Origin: Terriglobia bacterium
Lineage (GTDB): Bacteria > Acidobacteriota > Terriglobia > 20CM-2-55-15
DNA length: 64,000 nucleotides
Direction: 5' to 3'
Assembly: GCA_965198225.1 (NCBI GenBank)
Contig: CBDAOY010000008.1
Coordinates: 1,088,001-1,152,000, forward strand
Positions within the stretch are counted from its first letter, which is position 1, and the number at the start of each line of letters is the position of its first letter. The notes below the pieces were generated by a model. That model saw nothing but the letters and a program-made list of their open reading frames with translations, did no database searches and was not told where the DNA came from. Below are positions 10,549 to 21,136 of this stretch, piece after piece. A program made the translations under genes and the position numbers.

Positions 10549-10806
10549 TTGAGAGCGATCGAACACCCGTACCACCACATCCAGTTGGAGCCCATCGACG
10601 ACCCACCGGACTCGGTCCTGATCAAGATACTGTCGATAGACGGACGCCGTTTCACCTTCCTGCTCCACAGTGAGTTGACCGAGGAAGCCGTCGACTTCGT
10701 CAAGCACACCATCGAAGGCGGTGCGATTCAGGACCTGTGGATCGAGCGGATCGAAGGCAAATTCGAGCTCCGCGATCCACCGAAACCACTGAAGAAACAC
10801 GGCTAG
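10549..10806 (+). CDS. Hypothetical protein
   Basis: Intact ORF co-oriented with the CusF-like gene, protein-like composition. Confidence 0.6.
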   Translation: MRAIEHPYHHIQLEPIDDPPDSVLIKILSIDGRRFTFLLHSELTEEAVDFVKHTIEGGAIQDLWIERIEGKFELRDPPKPLKKHG

Positions 10807-10833
10807 AGGACTCGCGCCACTGGTCGGGACATC

Positions 10834-10863
10834 TTGCAAACTCTTTCGGCCCTTTGCTACGAT
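10834..10863 (+). promoter_or_regulatory. sigma70-like promoter of the original tRNA-Gln locus
   Basis: TTGCAA-N18-TACGAT with extended TG, ~25 nt before the tRNA fragment. Confidence 0.55.
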
Positions 10864-10887
10864 TTCCCTGTGGCGAGCGATCGCCCG

Positions 10888-10931
<44 letters not shown>

Positions 10932-11263
10932 CGAGACGACGTCCCTAACCCCCTGAAAACACGCTGAAACCCGTGTCCCGCTTAGGTTTCAACCTCTCCA
11001 GGCTCTCAGCCGTAGATGACACGGCTTGACAGGGCTTGTCGTCAGAGTCCCCACAAAATCCCCCACAGTGGCACAAAGGATGAGAGGCGGGCCCGTCTTT
11101 CATCGGTCTGGCCGTTGTTGCTCTCTGTCCGTGAACGCGGCGGACGGTGGCGCGGGAGAGGACAATCCTCAGGTGCGAAGCCTCTTCGCCCGAAGCAACG
11201 TATAAAGTTGAGGATGCTGATTTCCGTTGCGAACGCCAGGATTCGTCGCAGAAGATTCCTCTC

Positions 11264-12386
11264 ATGAACAAAGGGGAAATGATTGAGCTGCTCAAGACGG
11301 ACCTGGATGCGTGGAATGCGTGGAGGAAAGAGAATCCTCAGGCGGAAGTCGACCTGACCCAAGCCGACCTGGGCGATGCCGAGCTGTGCGGGGCCGACCT
11401 GCGATGCCGACCTGTCCTCCGCCGGCTTGGGCGAAGCTGACCTGGGCCATGCTGACCTAGGCGATGCCGACCTGGGCGATGCCGACCTGTACGGGGCCAA
11501 CCTTGGCAAGGCCAACCTTCGCAAGGCTAACCTTCGCAGGGCCAACCTTGGCAACGCCGACCTGTGCGGGGCCAACCTGATCCAGGCCAACCTGAGCCGG
11601 GCCTACCTGAGCGCAGCCGACCTGTCCGAAGCCGACCTGAGCGGGGCCGACCTTCGCGAGGCCGACCTGCTTTCCGCCATCCTGTTTTCGGCCAACCTGA
11701 CGATGGCCGATCTGAGAAAAACTGAATTCCAAGGCTCACGCCTCGGGAGAACCCTTTTTACAAACTGTGATGTGTCAGAGGCGAAAAACCTTGACAAGGC
11801 AGAGTTTGATTTTCCTTGCTCAATAGGCATCGACACAATTTATCGCTCACAAGGGAAGCTTCCCCGAGAATTTCTTGAGGACGCGGGCGTGCCAGTAGAG
11901 TTCATCACCTACGTGGATTCGCTGGCGGGAACGCCAATTCAATACTTTTCTTTATTTATCAGCTATAGCGCTAAAGACCAGGAATTTGCCGACCGACTTC
12001 ACTCGGATTTGCGCAGGGAGAAGGTCAGGTGCTGGCTGGCCACGGAGGACTTGAAGATTGGCGATAAGTTCAGGTCCACAATCGACGAGGCAATTCGCCT
12101 GCACGATAAGTTGGTCATTGTCCTGTCCGAGGACTCGATTGAAAGTGATTGGGTCGAGGAGGAAGTGGAGTCCGCGATGGAACGGGAAAAACGGGAGAAG
12201 AAGACTGTCCTTTTCCCGGTAAAACTGGACGACTTTGTCATGGACACTGAAGAGGCTTGGGCGGCGACGATCCGCCGTACTCGTCACATCGGTGACTTCA
12301 CCGGGTGGAAGGACCATTACTCTTACAAGAAGGCGTTTGACCGGGTGCTTCGAGACTTGAAAGCGGATGAGACTCCGGTAGAATGA
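11264..12386 (+). CDS. Pentapeptide-repeat + TIR domain protein (frameshift ~11401)
   Basis: AWNAWR leader, A(D/N)L repeats, FISYS, SDWVEEE with the catalytic-position Glu. Confidence 0.88.
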
Positions 12387-12647
12387 CCGCGCCCTTCCTT
12401 TCCCAGAACACGACCACGAACATCGTTGCGTTGAGCAAGCGCACCCTGATGCGTGCCCGAGCAAGACATCCTCGGGTGCGAAAACTGCGCTCCAGGCACG
12501 ACTGAGATTCCGTTCACATGGTTACTCTACGACGCCAGTGGCCAGGACCAGACGATTACGGACTACTTGTTGTCGGAGCCGGCAAAGTGCCCACGGTGTT
12601 GCGGGCCGGTGTTTGAGGAGACGTTGGTGGAGGACGCGAACTACTGA
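12383..12647 (+). CDS. Small zinc-ribbon protein (frameshift ~12455)
   Basis: ATGA overlap with the TIR stop; CENC..CPRC. Confidence 0.6.
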
Positions 12648-12973
12648 AGGCGTCTCAGGTAGACAAATGCCGCAGCCAGGCTGAGCAGAAGCGGCACCAT
12701 GTTCGCGGCCACCATCGATCGGTATAGCGTAATTTGGGGCCAGGCCGCGCCGACTGAGAGCAACACCAGGCAGAAACCGAAAGCCAAGACGGCGGCAGCG
12801 AGCATGAACCCGCCAGCTGCTCGGTTCGCGGGGTACCAGATCTCTGGAGAAGATAGGGTTTTTGAGGTTCTGAAGCCGTACAGGCCGTTCGGTGGCACTT
12901 TGCCAAGAGCCATCGGAATCGCCAACAGAGCTACTGTTGCGGGCAGGAAATAGCCCAGCAGGAAGTGATTCAT
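12641..12973 (-). CDS. SdpI/YhfL-family membrane protein
   Basis: PNGLYGFRT..W..ANR motif, 3 TM segments. Confidence 0.8.
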   Translation of the reverse strand: MNHFLLGYFLPATVALLAIPMALGKVPPNGLYGFRTSKTLSSPEIWYPANRAAGGFMLAAAVLAFGFCLVLLSVGAAWPQITLYRSMVAANMVPLLLSLAAAFVYLRRLQ

Positions 12974-13009
12974 GCACGAGTTCTACTGGCATCCGCCCAA
13001 CATGTCCAG

Positions 13010-13122
13010 AACAAACTGAAGAAGTCACAGGAAACGAAGAAGTGGACTACCTGCTCTCGGAGCCGGGAACGTGCCCGAGATGTCGCGGAGAGGTTACGGA
13101 GAAGACGTTGGTGGAGTCGTGA
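13010..13122 (+). pseudogene. 3' remnant of a zinc-ribbon paralog
   Basis: DYLLSEPGTCPRCRGEVTEKTLVE matches DYLLSEPAKCPRCCGPVFEETLVE. Confidence 0.6.
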
Positions 13123-13397
13123 CCTGGAAAATATAGCATCCCTGGTCTGTCAGTGGTATAGGTTGAACACGGCACCACTCATGCCGCGGGGTCGCTGAGT
13201 GGATTGCGGTATTTACCCACCGCGAGAAGCTCGGCGGTCCCGACTTATTCGCCTCCCAACTTTCGACGCAACTATTCCGTGCCAGGCGAGCTGGTCCTTG
13301 TCCATCAGATCGAGTAGTTCGGCATGAGTCAAAACGTATTTCAGGTCGTCGCCAATGGAACGCCGAGTGCACGTGACGTCGTTCCTGAAGGCAGTAT

Positions 13398-13628
13398 ATG
13401 AAGGAACTGATCGAGCAGATCGCGAAAGCACTTGTGGACAACCCCAATGAAGTAGCTGTCCACCAGATTGAAGGCGAGCAGACGACCGTTTTTGAATTGC
13501 ACGTAGCTCAGAGTGACGTCGGCAAGGTGATCGGCAAGCAAGGCCGGACGGCGCACTCCATTCGAACCATTCTGAGTGCTGCCGGAATGAAGCTGAAGAG
13601 GCGGTTCACGCTTGAGATCCTGGACTAG
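13398..13628 (+). CDS. khpA: KH-domain RNA-binding protein KhpA (UPF0109)
   Basis: [34 protein letters not shown]. Confidence 0.92.
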   Translation: MKELIEQIAKALVDNPNEVAVHQIEGEQTTVFELHVAQSDVGKVIGKQGRTAHSIRTILSAAGMKLKRRFTLEILD

Positions 13629-14149
13629 GTGTCAACACTTTCCGAGACGTCTTTCGACCACCCTATCGATGTAACTCCGATCCTACATATAAAGTGACTG
13701 AAACGGCCAGAGATGAGACTGAGGCGAAGGCGGCCGAAGAGGTTGAGCGAAGGTTGCCGACTCTTGTGGTCGTGGGGTAACAGGTAACCAAGCAGACCAG
13801 CAACCCCCGCGGTGAATGGTATCTGGACGCAGTATAGCACCATGGGCTCCAAAGTAACCGGTAGGGACAGAAGGTGTACGCCAGCCCCGTGTTCCCGGCT
13901 ATGAAGTATCAGATCGTAGCCCGGTTCGACGCCAGGAGGTCTTTGTCCGAAACGACGCCCGAGAAACGCAAGACGACACCTAAGGGTTCCCACTCGAGGT
14001 TATACGGCATTCAATAATTCCTCGCTTGATGCACGCCGTCTCCGAACCTGGATGTCGTCAAAGCCTGTGTAGAAACCGAGGCTTATACCTTAGTGTCGTT
14101 TACGTTCCGTTGACGATAAGCCATTCGCTGATGCGCGGACGGTCCCCGC

Positions 14150-15294
14150 TCAAGAGATCTGGATCATCGTTTTGCCAAAGTTCTCGCCGCGCAGCATGCC
14201 GATGAAGGCGCCCACGGAGCTGTCCAGTCCGTGGGTGACGGTCTCGCGATACTTGAGCTTGCCCTCTTTGATCCAGCCCGACATGGTTCGCAACGCCTCG
14301 CCGGCGTCCGGTTGCCGAGCAGCAAGCTCGAAAAAATGGAAGAATCGGAATCCCTCGGTGGAGCCCTCCTCGCCGAGGTCCTTCAGCCCCGCCTCGCGCA
14401 GCCGCTTCAGCGGTGTTGCCTGTTGTTGTTCCCAGGGTGCGTTGTTCCTGGGGATGTTGTATTGGCTCACCCATCCGGCCACCGGCACGCGGCAACCTGA
14501 GTTCAGTAGCGGGATCACCGCCTCGAGCACTTCGCCGCCAACGTTCTCGAAGTAGACGTCGATGCCGTCGGGTACGGCCGCCGCCAGTCCGGTGGGAAGG
14601 TCGCCGGCCTTGTAGTCGATGCAAGCGTCGAAGCCGAGCTCGTCGACGCAGTAAGCGCACTTCCGAGGCCCGCCGGCGATGCCGACCACCCGGCAGCCGT
14701 GGATTTTCGCCAACTGCCCGACGACCTGCCCGACCGCACCACTGGCCGCGCTCACGACCACCGTTTCTCCCGCCTTGATGGTGGCCACGTTGAGCAGGCC
14801 GGCATACGCAGCGTAGCCGGTCATCCCCAAGATGCCGAGCGCGGTGGACGGTGGGCCGAGCGAGCCGTCCCACTTCTCGATGGGCATGCCTCGTTGCCCC
14901 ACTGCAGGTCTTCAGGCGTGCCGACACTGTATTCTTGCCAACCGTAGTAACCGACGACGAGATCGCCCTCGTTCCACGCGCTCGCTCGGCTCTCCACCAC
15001 CTCCGACACGGTGCCACCCACGATGGTGGAGCCCACGCTCCGCTTGTTGTTCATGGGGCCGGAGGCGTCCAGGCCGCGCATGTACGGGTCCAGCGTGAGC
15101 CACTTGGTACGCAGCAGCATCTGACCCTCGGCGACGGGCGGAACCTCCTCGGTCACCACCTCGAAATCGGAGGGCTTGGGCTCGCCCTCCGGATTCTTTT
15201 TCAGCACGATCCTGCGATTGACGACCCCGCCGCCTCGGACATGGTCTTCAACTGGCTCGATCGCGAGTCCTTGCCGCGTCTTGACACTGTTCAC
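14150..15294 (-). CDS. NADP-dependent oxidoreductase (CurA/PTGR family), frameshift ~14900
   Basis: LTLDPYMRG, GWQEY, SAASGAVG, YFENVGG, GENFGK split across two frames. Confidence 0.85.
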
Positions 15295-15690
15295 GGTGTT
15301 TGCCTCCCTGAGGGATGCAGATGGAAGACCTTGTTGATGATCTTCCACTCCCCGTCGACCTTGAGCAGGGTGAACATGTCGGTGTAGCGGTAGCCGGTCC
15401 AGGCGTCCATTGTCGAGCTCGAGCCTTACGGTGGCCACGGAGTCTACGACGTCGATGCTGGCGATCCGCGCTTGGAGCCCCGTCGCTGGATCGTTCTCGT
15501 CAACCCAGTCAAAAAGCCGCTGTATAGGGCCCGCGAACAACTCGGCACCGACATAACCGAAGATCGTCGCGTCCTCGTGGAAGGCGGGTTTCATATCGTC
15601 GCCTTTGCCCGATTTTGCACCATCGATGTAGTGCTGGACGACATCGGCGATCACGTCGGACTCGCTCGCGTTTAAAGTTGCTGTATTCAT
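15291..15690 (-). CDS. NTF2-like / lumazine-binding family protein, frameshift ~15405
   Basis: YIDG..AFHEDA..VRLELD, then YTDMFTLLKVDGEWKIINKVFH in the shifted frame. Confidence 0.8.
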
Positions 15691-15762
15691 GAGGTCACTC
15701 CTTCGATGAGACCGACCGGAGAGCCGTTGTTGGCGTCCCTGGTTGCGGTCTCGGTTCACATG

Positions 15763-15792
15763 TAGAGTCTCGGGTGGGCACCATTCGTTACA
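15763..15792 (-). promoter_or_regulatory. Possible ECF-type promoter
   Basis: TGTAAC-N17-GACTCTA upstream of the NTF2/oxidoreductase pair, divergent from the ECF gene. Confidence 0.4.
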
Positions 15793-15873
15793 GGACCGCT
15801 GGACATTCCTGAGATCGTCAGTCTAGGATGCTTTCCACGACTCAGACGTTTTGACCTGGAAGCGAGAAACTAT

Positions 15874-16557
15874 ATGGGATCGAGCCTGGGAGGCGGCGGC
15901 ACAGCGGAAACCGCTTCGGGCGACGTCAAGCAGGTCGAATCTCTCCGCAGGGGCGATGAAGAGGCGTTCGTGGCCCTGGTGGAGCAGTATCACTCTTTTC
16001 TGATTCGTCTGGCCGGACTTTACGTTCGCAACCGGGCCGTGGCCGAAGACGTCGTCCAGGAAACCTGGCTGGGCGTGCTTCGGGGAATTGAAGGATTCGA
16101 AGGTCGCTCGTCTCTCCGAACATGGATTTCGAGAATCCTCGTCAACCGCGCCAGAACGCATGCCAAACGCGAGGGGCGCCTGATTCCATTCTCTGCACTG
16201 GTCGCCGACGAGGTCGGGCGTCGGGAAGCCGCAGTCGAACCGGAACGCTTTCGAGGTAACGAGGATGCATATCCCCATCATTGGAGAGTTCCGCCCAAGG
16301 GATGGGGCCAGGATTCAGAGAACCGATTGTTGCAGAAAGAGACGGTGCAGGCGGTTGAGAAAACCATCGAAAGCCTGCCCGAAGCGCAACGCACTGTGAT
16401 CAGCATGCGCGACGTCGAAGGATGGACTTCGCGGGAAGTCTGTAACACCTTGGAAATATCGGAGACGAATCAGAGGGTCCTGTTGCACCGGGCCCGATCC
16501 AAAGTACGGGCCGCACTGGAACGGTACTTTAAACGTGAAGAGGTGCGCGATGAGTGA
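15874..16557 (+). CDS. ECF RNA polymerase sigma factor
   Basis: AEDVVQETW, FEGRSSLRTW, region 4 NQRVLLHRAR. Confidence 0.92.
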   Translation: MGSSLGGGGTAETASGDVKQVESLRRGDEEAFVALVEQYHSFLIRLAGLYVRNRAVAEDVVQETWLGVLRGIEGFEGRSSLRTWISRILVNRARTHAKREGRLIPFSALVADEVGRREAAVEPERFRGNEDAYPHHWRVPPKGWGQDSENRLLQKETVQAVEKTIESLPEAQRTVISMRDVEGWTSREVCNTLEISETNQRVLLHRARSKVRAALERYFKREEVRDE

Positions 16558-16807
16558 ACCTGGACCGATGGACTGCGATGAACTCGTGGAGCTGATTACC
16601 GACTTCATCGAAGGTCACCTGCCACCCGAGGAGCACGCCCGTCTCGAGTACCATCTCGCCCAGTGCGAGCCCTGCAACGCCTACTTGGAACAGATGCGGT
16701 TGACGATCCGTACCCTGGGTCGATTGGAGAACGAATCCCTCCCCGTGAAGGCGAGGGGGAGGCTACTGGCGGCCTTCCGCGACTGGAAGAGCGGTCAGAG
16801 CGGATGA
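16550..16807 (+). CDS. zf-HC2 (ZAS) soluble anti-sigma factor
   Basis: C..HLAQCEPC motif; overlaps the sigma gene stop. Confidence 0.9.
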   Translation: MSEPGPMDCDELVELITDFIEGHLPPEEHARLEYHLAQCEPCNAYLEQMRLTIRTLGRLENESLPVKARGRLLAAFRDWKSGQSG

Positions 16808-17112
16808 GCTTCATCCCGCCTGTTCTTCTGCCGAAATCGTCTTCAGGGCCTCTCGGTCCGCAGCGCCGCCAATCCGTCTCCCGGATCGCACGGGAGCTGT
16901 CCTGGGTCACCGCCGACCCCGACCCTCAGAAATGCGGTTGCAGGAACCATCGTTGCTGTGCTGAAAGGGGCCACGTGGCAAGCGAGTGCCCGAGCCAACC
17001 AACAACTAGAGTGTGGAGTTTCCGATGGGAGTACTACTGTGCTGCGTGTCGGGAGTACGAGTGGGCTGGGTCGAAGATGGGCTCGACCGCGATCATGAAC
17101 GAAACGGTCTAG
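16804..17112 (+). CDS. Cys-rich hypothetical protein
   Basis: ATGA coupling to the anti-sigma; CGCRNHRCC..H..C..CAAC. Confidence 0.55.
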   Translation: MSFIPPVLLPKSSSGPLGPQRRQSVSRIARELSWVTADPDPQKCGCRNHRCCAERGHVASECPSQPTTRVWSFRWEYYCAACREYEWAGSKMGSTAIMNETV

Positions 17113-17354
17113 GAAGCCGACAACGGACCACCGCCGGACTCGCGGTGCAGGACCTTGATCCCTTGCCAGGTCAGCTGGTCATTATCCATGAGTTCGAGCA
17201 GCTGCACGTTCGTCAGGTTGTACTCTTGGCCACCGTAGCCGGCACTGACATACAGCTTGTTGGCCGAGGCCGTCGTTACGATCAGCCCTTGATCCCGGAG
17301 ACCGGAGATTGCGCGGTCGAGGCGGCTTGGTCGATTCGTTGAGGTTCCCGGCAC
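17109..17354 (-). CDS. Small hypothetical protein (paralog remnant at ~13213-13370)
   Basis: YNLTNVQLLELMDNDQLTWQGI versus YVLTHAELLDLMDKDQLAWHGI. Confidence 0.5.
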   Translation of the reverse strand: MPGTSTNRPSRLDRAISGLRDQGLIVTTASANKLYVSAGYGGQEYNLTNVQLLELMDNDQLTWQGIKVLHRESGGGPLSAS

Positions 17355-17456
17355 GGCTTGTCTCGATTATATAGGACGTAAAGCGGGGCCGTTCACACGC
17401 ACGCATTCCCGGTCCGACTACGTCTCCCTAGGGTATAAGGTACTTGGGTACGGACA

Positions 17457-18458
17457 ATGAAAGCTGGCGAAAAGAAAGTGGAGCCCAAAGAACCAGGGCT
17501 GCAGGAACAGGCTGCAGCCTGCATCGCCGCAGCCAACCATGTCCGTAACCTATCCAACGAGATTCATTCTCGGATGACATCTGAGTTTGGCCTCATCCCA
17601 TGCGGAGTAGTGGAGTTCGCTGAGAAAGCGGCGGCCCTGCTGGACTGGAGCAACTACTGCGGGCAGCGGGCCAAGGATGGCAAGCCACTCCTCGAGGGCG
17701 CCGATTCGCCCATGTTGAAAGTGGCGCTTCTCAAGTGGCGACGAAAACACGCGACCGACCTCGAAAGACCCCGGTCCAGGACGACGGATCGGGGGATTAT
17801 CGGGCAACTCAATGCGGAACTCTACTGCATTCATTGGCTCCTGAAGCATCCCGACTTATCGGTGGAGCCCGCTACCGTGCCCCGCCTTACGGACTACATG
17901 TCCGTCCAACGAGCCGAAATAGGGTCAGTCGGCGGTGCGCTCTCCGATCGAGAGTATGATCAGAAATTCGGGGTCCTTCTCTCGGCTCCATTGGTGGATG
18001 GCGATTTCGAGTACTACCGTGCAAAGTGTGATCTTCGCGGCGTGCCGCTAAGTCTAGCGTTCATGGACATCGACGACTTTAAACCGTACAACACAAAGTT
18101 CGGGCACACAGCGGTAGATAGGGAGCTGCTACCTAAACTGCAACAAGCGGTCGAAGCCCACACCTTTCAGCGTGGCGAGGCGTACCGCGTGGGTGGTGAC
18201 GAGTTCATCACGATTCTGCCAAATATGTCGGAAGCCCAGGCCTGAGCACATTTAGCAGACTTACAAGATCGCCTGACCAAGGTCGACTACTGGCTGAACC
18301 TCGACGACCGACCAACTATCTCAGCCGGCCTCACCACCGTCCTGCCAGACAGTTTCCAGACGACGCGCGAGATCCGAGAAGCAGCGAATTCGGCCTTGCT
18401 CGAGGCGAAGGAGCAGGGGGGAAACAGCATCGTTACCACGACGCTAATAGCGGAATAA
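17457..18458 (+). pseudogene. GGDEF diguanylate cyclase with in-frame TGA at 18243
   Basis: DIDDFKPYN, RVGGDEF; the same frame continues TISAG..ALLEAKEQGGN after the stop. Confidence 0.8.
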
Positions 18459-18571
18459 GCCGGTCTCCCGTTCTTTGACATCCCACCATCGCGTGCTTTA
18501 CTCAGGACAGCAGGTGAGGGTTCGACATCCACTGAGACTACGGGTCATCCCCGGAAGGAGGAGGAAATGCC

Positions 18572-19204
18572 ATGACCAAGTTGCTGCTGGGTTTGCTCAT
18601 CTCCATTTCATCCATTCCCAGCCTCCAGCAGCAGCGTGATCCCGGCAGTCTGATGATCGGCGGTGTGCGTGCGCCGGAGGTGCTATTCGAGACGAAACCC
18701 GCCTACACGGTCGAAGCGTTCAAGAACAGGGTCGAGGGCACAGTCGTTTTGCTGGGCTTTGTCCGCCAAGACGGTAGTTTTGAACTCTATCGTGTCCTTC
18801 GCGGTCTAGGTTTCGGCTTGGACGAGCAGGCAGTTCTCGCTGTCCGTAGCTGGCGTTTTCGGCCCGGGACCAAGGACGGCACCGCAGTTGATATGCTCCA
18901 TACCATCGAGGTGTCATTCAAGCGCTCCGATGCGAGGGAAAAGCTTGTTAGGCCAAGCATTAGTGACTGGATGAAGCAGTTCGTCGCTGAAGCGAAGCAA
19001 GCGGGTCTAGAAGGACTCATCGAAGCGGAGATCACGATAACGCCGGCTGGAACGCTTACTGACGTGAACGTCGTGAAGGATACCGATGTGGCGTTGACCG
19101 CATTCTTGATGGCCGCTGCAAGACGGGCGAAACTTGCGCCGGCGACATTGAACGGCGTCCCCTTTGAGACCAACGCGAAAATCCACTATGGAGTCCCGCA
19201 ATAA
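18572..19204 (+). CDS. Protein with tandem TonB C-terminal domains
   Basis: PAYT..VEGTVVL..GLGFGLDEQAV..WRFRPG plus a second degenerate domain; RBS present. Confidence 0.8.
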   Translation: MTKLLLGLLISISSIPSLQQQRDPGSLMIGGVRAPEVLFETKPAYTVEAFKNRVEGTVVLLGFVRQDGSFELYRVLRGLGFGLDEQAVLAVRSWRFRPGTKDGTAVDMLHTIEVSFKRSDAREKLVRPSISDWMKQFVAEAKQAGLEGLIEAEITITPAGTLTDVNVVKDTDVALTAFLMAAARRAKLAPATLNGVPFETNAKIHYGVPQ

Positions 19205-19229
19205 GTCGCTTTGAGTCAGTGGCGGTCGA

Positions 19230-20255
19230 CTACCTCGGGGACGATCTTCGGAACGCCACAGCCATAACCGCTGCGATTTCCCCCTCGACCGGTGTCGTCG
19301 GCAAAGCAGTCATCTGTAGCGACGGACCGACAAAGTCTTCTGGTCGTTCCACGCTTGATTCGCCGAGCGCATACAGATAGTTCTCCAGCGTCGAGCGGGC
19401 TTCTCGAACGAACGCGGAAGCGGCGTCAAGCTGGCCGTTGCCTACAAGTTGTTCGATACCTTGGTAGAAGTCGCGCACTAACCACATCGGATGTGTGTCC
19501 GCCGGGTACTTGGGCGCCAGCGTCACCACTACCTGACTATTAAAGGAATAGTCCAGGACAGGTGCGAGTTGTTCACGAATGATATTAGGAGCAACGTCGA
19601 AGCCGACGTTTTCCATTTCTCCACCACGAAAGTAGGCGTTAGTAAAACCGGGTAACTTGTCGGTGATGATCCTATATCCGCTCAACGTCTCCCCGGGGTG
19701 AATGGCGGATGCGTACCGATCGACAACGCTGCGGGGATCGCTGCTGTACCAGCTAAGCAAGCCCCCGGCTTCCTGGTTGTCCAACGTGTCACGAACAATG
19801 GAAATCCCAGACCGACTCCTCCCGCTGGCCCAGAAGTCCGGGGATTCCGAGCGGTCGCTGTCGGAAATCTCAGGCAGGACCAGATTCCAAACCATGACGG
19901 GCAACTTCGCACCCGGATCGTTGCGGACTGTGTACTCGTACTCTAACGTTCCTTCCTCCTGCTCACGTAGCGCGACACGCATTGTGGGCCGTACGTTTCG
20001 CTGCAGGAGAACCCGTACGATCTTTAGGCGTCCAGGATTCTGTGAGAAGCCGCGCGTGCCGAGGTTTTCCGGAAACGCCAGAACAGCTTCTCCAGTTCCC
20101 GGATCGAAGAATACGTACTGACCATCCAACTCAGACGGGAGGACACCTCCCGGCGGCCAGATCGGTACAGGGCTGAGGCCTACGGACGCCACCTGCGCTA
20201 CAACAGGAATGCCGGCCAGAGCTATGAACGCCAAGGTCGTCAACGCTCGTGTCAT
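19230..20255 (-). CDS. Secreted hypothetical protein
   Basis: GAGGAG RBS, signal peptide, YEYTVRND beta-rich segment. Confidence 0.7.
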   Translation of the reverse strand: MTRALTTLAFIALAGIPVVAQVASVGLSPVPIWPPGGVLPSELDGQYVFFDPGTGEAVLAFPENLGTRGFSQNPGRLKIVRVLLQRNVRPTMRVALREQEEGTLEYEYTVRNDPGAKLPVMVWNLVLPEISDSDRSESPDFWASGRSRSGISIVRDTLDNQEAGGLLSWYSSDPRSVVDRYASAIHPGETLSGYRIITDKLPGFTNAYFRGGEMENVGFDVAPNIIREQLAPVLDYSFNSQVVVTLAPKYPADTHPMWLVRDFYQGIEQLVGNGQLDAASAFVREARSTLENYLYALGESSVERPEDFVGPSLQMTALPTTPVEGEIAAVMAVAFRRSSPR

Positions 20256-20272
20256 ATTATTTCTCCTCATTC

Positions 20273-21050
20273 CTAGGATCCCCACTCGCAGTGAAAGTGC
20301 TCGTTATCCGTATCCGGGTCTCCGTGAAGAGTCCAGATTGCTCCATTCTCCGTGCAAATCTGTCGAAATCTTTCCTGTACGAAGGGTATGCGGGGAACAG
20401 AGTTCGGTGCCATTCCCACGGATATCAACGGACGTTCCGTAGCGATGTGTCTCGTGAGGTGGGCTCCATTTGGAGAGGCCCACATCAAACAGGCCGCCAT
20501 AAACGAGAGAAAGGTCGTTAATCGCGATGATGGGGTGTTGAGGAAACTCAGCATGGTACTGGCTCGCGGTGTCCTGAACTCCGTAAACGGTATTCAGTGT
20601 GCCGTAGTGATTTCCCCATGGGTGGATCGATGTCCAACCGATATTCACATACGTCTGTTGGCCGAAAGGCAGAGTGTACAATCCTCCGACTCCAACCGCA
20701 AAGTAGGACCGGCTGCAGAATGTTGCACAGACATCGATGTATTCGACGCCTCCGACCTCATCCGTTGTAACGGCCAACGGCAGCCCCCAGTAACCTGTGT
20801 TGCCGTAGGTCGGAGAGACCGTGCTGTAGGGTTTGGCGAAGTCCTCGTGTTGATGACCTCCTGAAAAATTACTGTAGCCGTTGGAAATCGTTACGTTGCA
20901 GTAGTAGACGATGTACCCGTACTGGTCCACACAATAGGCATACAGGGTACTCGTCGAATTCAGAGGGAGCTGCGCGCGTGCGACCGGCGCAAACGCACCT
21001 CCGACCAGGAAAAGTAATGAGAGTCTCAGCAACCATTGTTGATAACCCAA
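20273..21050 (-). CDS. Secreted LAS-type (MepA/M15-like) metallopeptidase, frameshift ~20410
   Basis: Signal peptide, H-x6-D (HRYGTSVD), and HxH (EHFH) in the shifted frame. Confidence 0.7.
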
Positions 21051-21136
21051 GGGGAGCCTCCTTTTGGTTTTCAGCTAATAAACGCCGTGAAGTCTACGAC
21101 GGCTCACTCCCAAATAGTAGGTGTCTGACCTGCTGA

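Noticed and set aside
13625-13993. 122 aa ORF as a real gene
   Set aside because: No recognisable motif or RBS; cannot be supported
18243-18245. Selenocysteine or recoded TGA
   Set aside because: Not a catalytic position, no SECIS recognised, and other genes use TGA as a stop
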